Source: Patescibacteria group bacterium (GTDB taxonomy: Bacteria > Patescibacteriota > Patescibacteriia > Patescibacteriales > UBA12465). From it: a stretch of DNA of 64,000 nucleotides. Position numbers and translations under genes: made by a program. Location: the NCBI GenBank assembly GCA_049317985.1, contig JBMOHF010000001.1, forward strand, positions 25,605 through 89,604, written 5' to 3'. Under the pieces are notes generated by a model that had not been told where the DNA came from, searched no databases, and saw only the letters and a program-made list of their open reading frames with translations. This document shows positions 61,183 to 64,000 of this stretch, in pieces; positions within the stretch are counted from its first letter, which is position 1; each line of letters starts with the position of its first letter.

Positions 61183-61476
61183 ATGAAAAAAGAAGACATT
61201 TTTAGCAAGTTATGTGAAATATTAGCAAACCTAATGCTAGTTGACCATAACCACGGTGAATATACTTTATCAAATCCAAATCTTGGAAACGAAAAAGTTA
61301 CTATTGAGACAAGTCTTAAATTTGATTTGGTTCTAGACTCATTAGATGAAGCGGATTTTATTAATGAAATCGAAAAGGCTTTTTTATTAAATGATGGAGA
61401 CTTGCCGATGGATGGAACGCTTGACACATTGGGAAAAATTGTTGACACAATCTATTCGCTAAAAAATCCGAATTAG
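61183..61476 (+). CDS. Acyl/peptidyl carrier protein-like (PP-binding) protein
   Basis: DLVLDSLDEADFINEIEKAF matches the carrier-protein DSLD Ser-attachment motif and helix II. Confidence 0.55.
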   Translation: MKKEDIFSKLCEILANLMLVDHNHGEYTLSNPNLGNEKVTIETSLKFDLVLDSLDEADFINEIEKAFLLNDGDLPMDGTLDTLGKIVDTIYSLKNPN

Positions 61477-61499
61477 TAGTTGGTTCCATTTTTAAGGTG

Positions 61500-61526
61500 G
61501 CCCTTATCGATATAAGGGCTTTTTTA
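61500..61526 (+). terminator. Rho-independent terminator
   Basis: Stem GCCCTTAT/ATAAGGGC followed by T6. Confidence 0.8.
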
Positions 61527-61555
61527 ATATATTTTCCTCTGGTACAATATCAAAT

Positions 61556-62683
61556 ATGAGAACATTCATGCGCCGAGCGCTTAAAATTATTTTATCCTTG
61601 GTTTTAGCTTTTTTATTACTGCTTGCCGCTGGTTTTTTTGCTGTACGTTTTGGTTGGACAAATGTGGCCGGGGAAGAAAATATCGATTCTTTTGAATATA
61701 ATAAGGAAGTAAATCAAGATAAAATTTTAATCACGGAAATTAAAGCGAGTTTACCCGATATTAACTCTATTTATGGTCCGCATGAAAAAATAAATCGTTG
61801 TAAGATTGCCGTGGCCGCAAGATACAATGATTATAATGCCGCAGCGATCCTAAAGGCTTATCTGAATTCTCGTTCCGAAGTTTTACTTGACCGCATGCTT
61901 TTAGCGATGAAGTTGCGTTTACCAGCGCGTGAAGCATTTACCTCTGAATTGCTTCTCTGTGGAAATACTAACGCCGAAGTGCCGTCCCTAGAAGATTTAT
62001 CCGTGATTCTGGCTAATCCTAAAAATGTAAATTTGTTTGTTTGGCAAAATAGCGAGCATTGGAAGATTATCAAAGAAGCGATAATTAAGGATCAGAAAAA
62101 TATTAAAGATGCGGCGCTGAAGGCGGGGGTCCAACCGCGGCTTTTATTATCGGTCGCGATTGTTGAACAACTCAGATTGTATTACACACAAAGAGAATTA
62201 TTTGAAAAAGTATTTAAGCCTTTGAAGATTCTGGCAAATGCTAATAAAATGGCCTGGGGCGTGATGTCTATTAAGGAAAAAATGGCCATCACGACTGAAG
62301 AAAATTTAAAAGACAAACAATCAGCCTTTTATCCTGGTGATACTTATAAAAATTTATTAGACTTTCCGGTTGGTGTGGACACCAATAAAGAGCGATACAA
62401 TAGGCTAACCAATGAAAAGAACCATTTTTACTCCTACTTATACGGTGGTCTTATTATCAAAGAGATTCAGGCTCAATGGTCAGCGGCGGGTTATAGTATT
62501 GACTATCGCCCAGAAATTATCGCCACTCTCTTTAATATTGGATTTAATCACTCTTCGCCGAAAGAAAACCCCACTGTTGGTGGGTCAACCATCGAAATTG
62601 AAGGAGAAAAATATTTTTTTGGTTCATTAGCTTATGAATTTTACTACTCCGACGAGTTGTCCACTGAATTCCCGTTTAATTGA
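61556..62683 (+). CDS. Membrane-anchored hypothetical protein
   Basis: N-terminal TM helix and a ~340-aa extracytoplasmic domain. No family recognised. Confidence 0.55.
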   Translation: MRTFMRRALKIILSLVLAFLLLLAAGFFAVRFGWTNVAGEENIDSFEYNKEVNQDKILITEIKASLPDINSIYGPHEKINRCKIAVAARYNDYNAAAILKAYLNSRSEVLLDRMLLAMKLRLPAREAFTSELLLCGNTNAEVPSLEDLSVILANPKNVNLFVWQNSEHWKIIKEAIIKDQKNIKDAALKAGVQPRLLLSVAIVEQLRLYYTQRELFEKVFKPLKILANANKMAWGVMSIKEKMAITTEENLKDKQSAFYPGDTYKNLLDFPVGVDTNKERYNRLTNEKNHFYSYLYGGLIIKEIQAQWSAAGYSIDYRPEIIATLFNIGFNHSSPKENPTVGGSTIEIEGEKYFFGSLAYEFYYSDELSTEFPFN

Positions 62684-62714
62684 CGATAAACTAGTTTATT
62701 GATAAACTAGTTTT

Positions 62715-63215
62715 ATGAATATTGAAGAATGCAGTCTTTCAATGAAAGAGCAGGGAATTCCAAGTTTATTGATATTAACTTCTTTTCGGTTGGAGTTAGT
62801 TCTAGAAAAGTTGGTTTTTAAGCCTTTGGGAATTACTTCAGCAAGTTTCCGTATTTTATTTATTCTCGACCACCTTGGACCGGTCTCTCCAGTTGAGATT
62901 GTTGACTTGATCGGCGCTACGAAATCTAATTTAACTCAACGTTTAAATTTTTTGAGTCGTTCTGGTTTTATTAAAAAAGAAATCGGAAACTTGAAGGACC
63001 GGCGAAAGATTATTCTACACCTGACCCCTGTTGGCAAAAATAAGGTCAAAGAAACATTAGAAATATTTAAAATAGTGAATAAGCATATAGAGAGCCATTT
63101 TACTAAAACGGAGAAAAAAGAGTTTCTTCGATTGATAGGAAAAATAAATACCGCAGTTGAATCTCATCTATCGTTAGTCTCTTGTAATCTTGCTAGTATC
63201 AGAATAACAAAATAA
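62715..63215 (+). CDS. MarR-family transcriptional regulator
   Basis: Winged-helix segment SPVEIVDLIGATKSNLTQRLNFLSRSGFIKKE...DRRKIILHLTPVG. Confidence 0.8.
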   Translation: MNIEECSLSMKEQGIPSLLILTSFRLELVLEKLVFKPLGITSASFRILFILDHLGPVSPVEIVDLIGATKSNLTQRLNFLSRSGFIKKEIGNLKDRRKIILHLTPVGKNKVKETLEIFKIVNKHIESHFTKTEKKEFLRLIGKINTAVESHLSLVSCNLASIRITK

Positions 63216-63231
63216 TTAGTCAAAATATCAT

Positions 63232-64000
63232 ATGAAAAAGAAAATCTTATTAAATTTTACTTTGTTGCTTCTTGCCATTTCTCTGTCTGCCTGTGGCAAA
63301 AAAGTGGAACCAGTTATTACTCCGGTGCCTGAGGCAATAAAAGTCAGGGTGCAAGAAATCTCTCAGAGTTTTTCGGCTAGCCGTGAATTGCAATATTCTG
63401 GGTTGGTTGTTTCAGAGTCCGAGGCAAAAATAGTTGCAAAAACTTCAGGAACAATCTCAAATTTTCAACTAAATGTTGGTGATAAGGTTACTCTTGGACA
63501 AGAATTAGCGAAAATTGATGATATAAACTCGGCTTCTTATAATCCGGCAAATTTTAATTCTTCCCAAATCAAACAAGCCAAATTGGGTGTTAACCAAGCG
63601 CAGTCGGCTTATCAATTAGCAAGAACTAGTTATAATAATTTGTTAATATCTTCAGTTAAAGATTTAAAGGCGGCAGAAATAACTCGTGATCAAGCAGCAA
63701 AAGGTCAAGAAAACTTAGCGCTGACCACTGTAGAAAGTTTAAAAAGTGCTACTCTGGCTTATGAAACCTCTAAAATTGCCACCGAGCAAGCACGTTTAAC
63801 GTTAGAGAACCGAAAAAAACTCAGCGTTCAAGGAGCTAGTGATGTTTCTGATAATGCTGAAATTGCTGCTGATTCTTCGGCAAATCTTTGCGGTACTGTT
63901 ATTTCAAGTGTTAACGCGGTGGCTGGTTTTGATGAAGACAATACCGTTTCAGTGACGTACAAAACAAATCTTGGGGCGCTTGATTCGTCCACTTACAGTA
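63232..64000 (+). CDS. Efflux-pump periplasmic adaptor (HlyD/MFP family) lipoprotein, 3' end outside window
   Basis: Hand translation is open to the window edge. Lipobox LSLSAC, lipoyl-like GTISNFQLNVGDKVTLGQELAKID, then a coiled-coil hairpin. It follows MarR. Confidence 0.7.
   Translation, partial: MKKKILLNFTLLLLAISLSACGKKVEPVITPVPEAIKVRVQEISQSFSASRELQYSGLVVSESEAKIVAKTSGTISNFQLNVGDKVTLGQELAKIDDINSASYNPANFNSSQIKQAKLGVNQAQSAYQLARTSYNNLLISSVKDLKAAEITRDQAAKGQENLALTTVESLKSATLAYETSKIATEQARLTLENRKKLSVQGASDVSDNAEIAADSSANLCGTVISSVNAVAGFDEDNTVSVTYKTNLGALDSSTYS

Noticed and set aside
1-64000. Alternative genetic code (UGA recoding as in some CPR lineages), plus CRISPR arrays, rRNA, IS elements and integrases
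   Set aside because: Long motif-complete ORFs read through under the standard code, TGA is used as a stop (for example ORF 8044-8424), and tRNA-Trp has a normal CCA anticodon. No spacer-repeat array, rRNA-like sequence, transposase or recombinase motif was seen on either strand.

Overview
This is an AT-rich, gene-dense bacterial chromosome segment with about 75 protein genes and 4 tRNA genes (Glu-CTC, Thr-GGT, Tyr-GTA, Trp-CCA; none encodes CCA). It has no rRNA, CRISPR array, transposase or integrase, and it reads cleanly in the standard genetic code. The reduced housekeeping set, the many membrane-anchored or secreted orphan proteins, a T4SS-pilin-like small protein and several domain-only or degenerate enzymes suggest a small-genome, CPR/Patescibacteria-like organism (inference only). 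Recognisable genes are fmt, def, clpB, pgk, eno, tpiA, gyrB, mutM/fpg, rpmG, leuS, nrdAB, greA, adk and purB, plus an ABC-F ATPase, a DEAD-box helicase, rubrerythrin, TspO, MarR with an efflux adaptor, two DedA and two Nudix genes. The most unusual items are: (1) one 786-aa ORF fusing an MraY/WecA-like transferase, a complete QueH (DUF208) module, thrombospondin-type-3 repeats and a YkuD L,D-transpeptidase. (2) A membrane-anchored Hsp100/Clp ATPase with a degenerate first Walker B, co-oriented with a small membrane protein and divergent from a CIRCE-controlled ClpB that carries a ClpC-type IGF loop. (3) A tRNA-Tyr locus where the intact gene is flanked by perfectly identical tRNA fragments interrupted by exact 20-nt GC-rich hairpin insertions, all behind one consensus promoter. 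(4) tRNA-Glu-seeded direct repeats bracketing a 2.2-kb two-gene islet. (5) A pgk-eno-'iPGM' block with an atypical enolase and a catalytically degenerate, domain-deleted iPGM-like protein. (6) A class Ic-type (Phe-for-Tyr) RNR beta subunit. Three genes under 60 aa that the ORF track misses (rpmG, a desulforedoxin-like protein, a mini-lipoprotein) were found by hand translation. All calls rest on motif reading by eye; no searches or folding programs were run.
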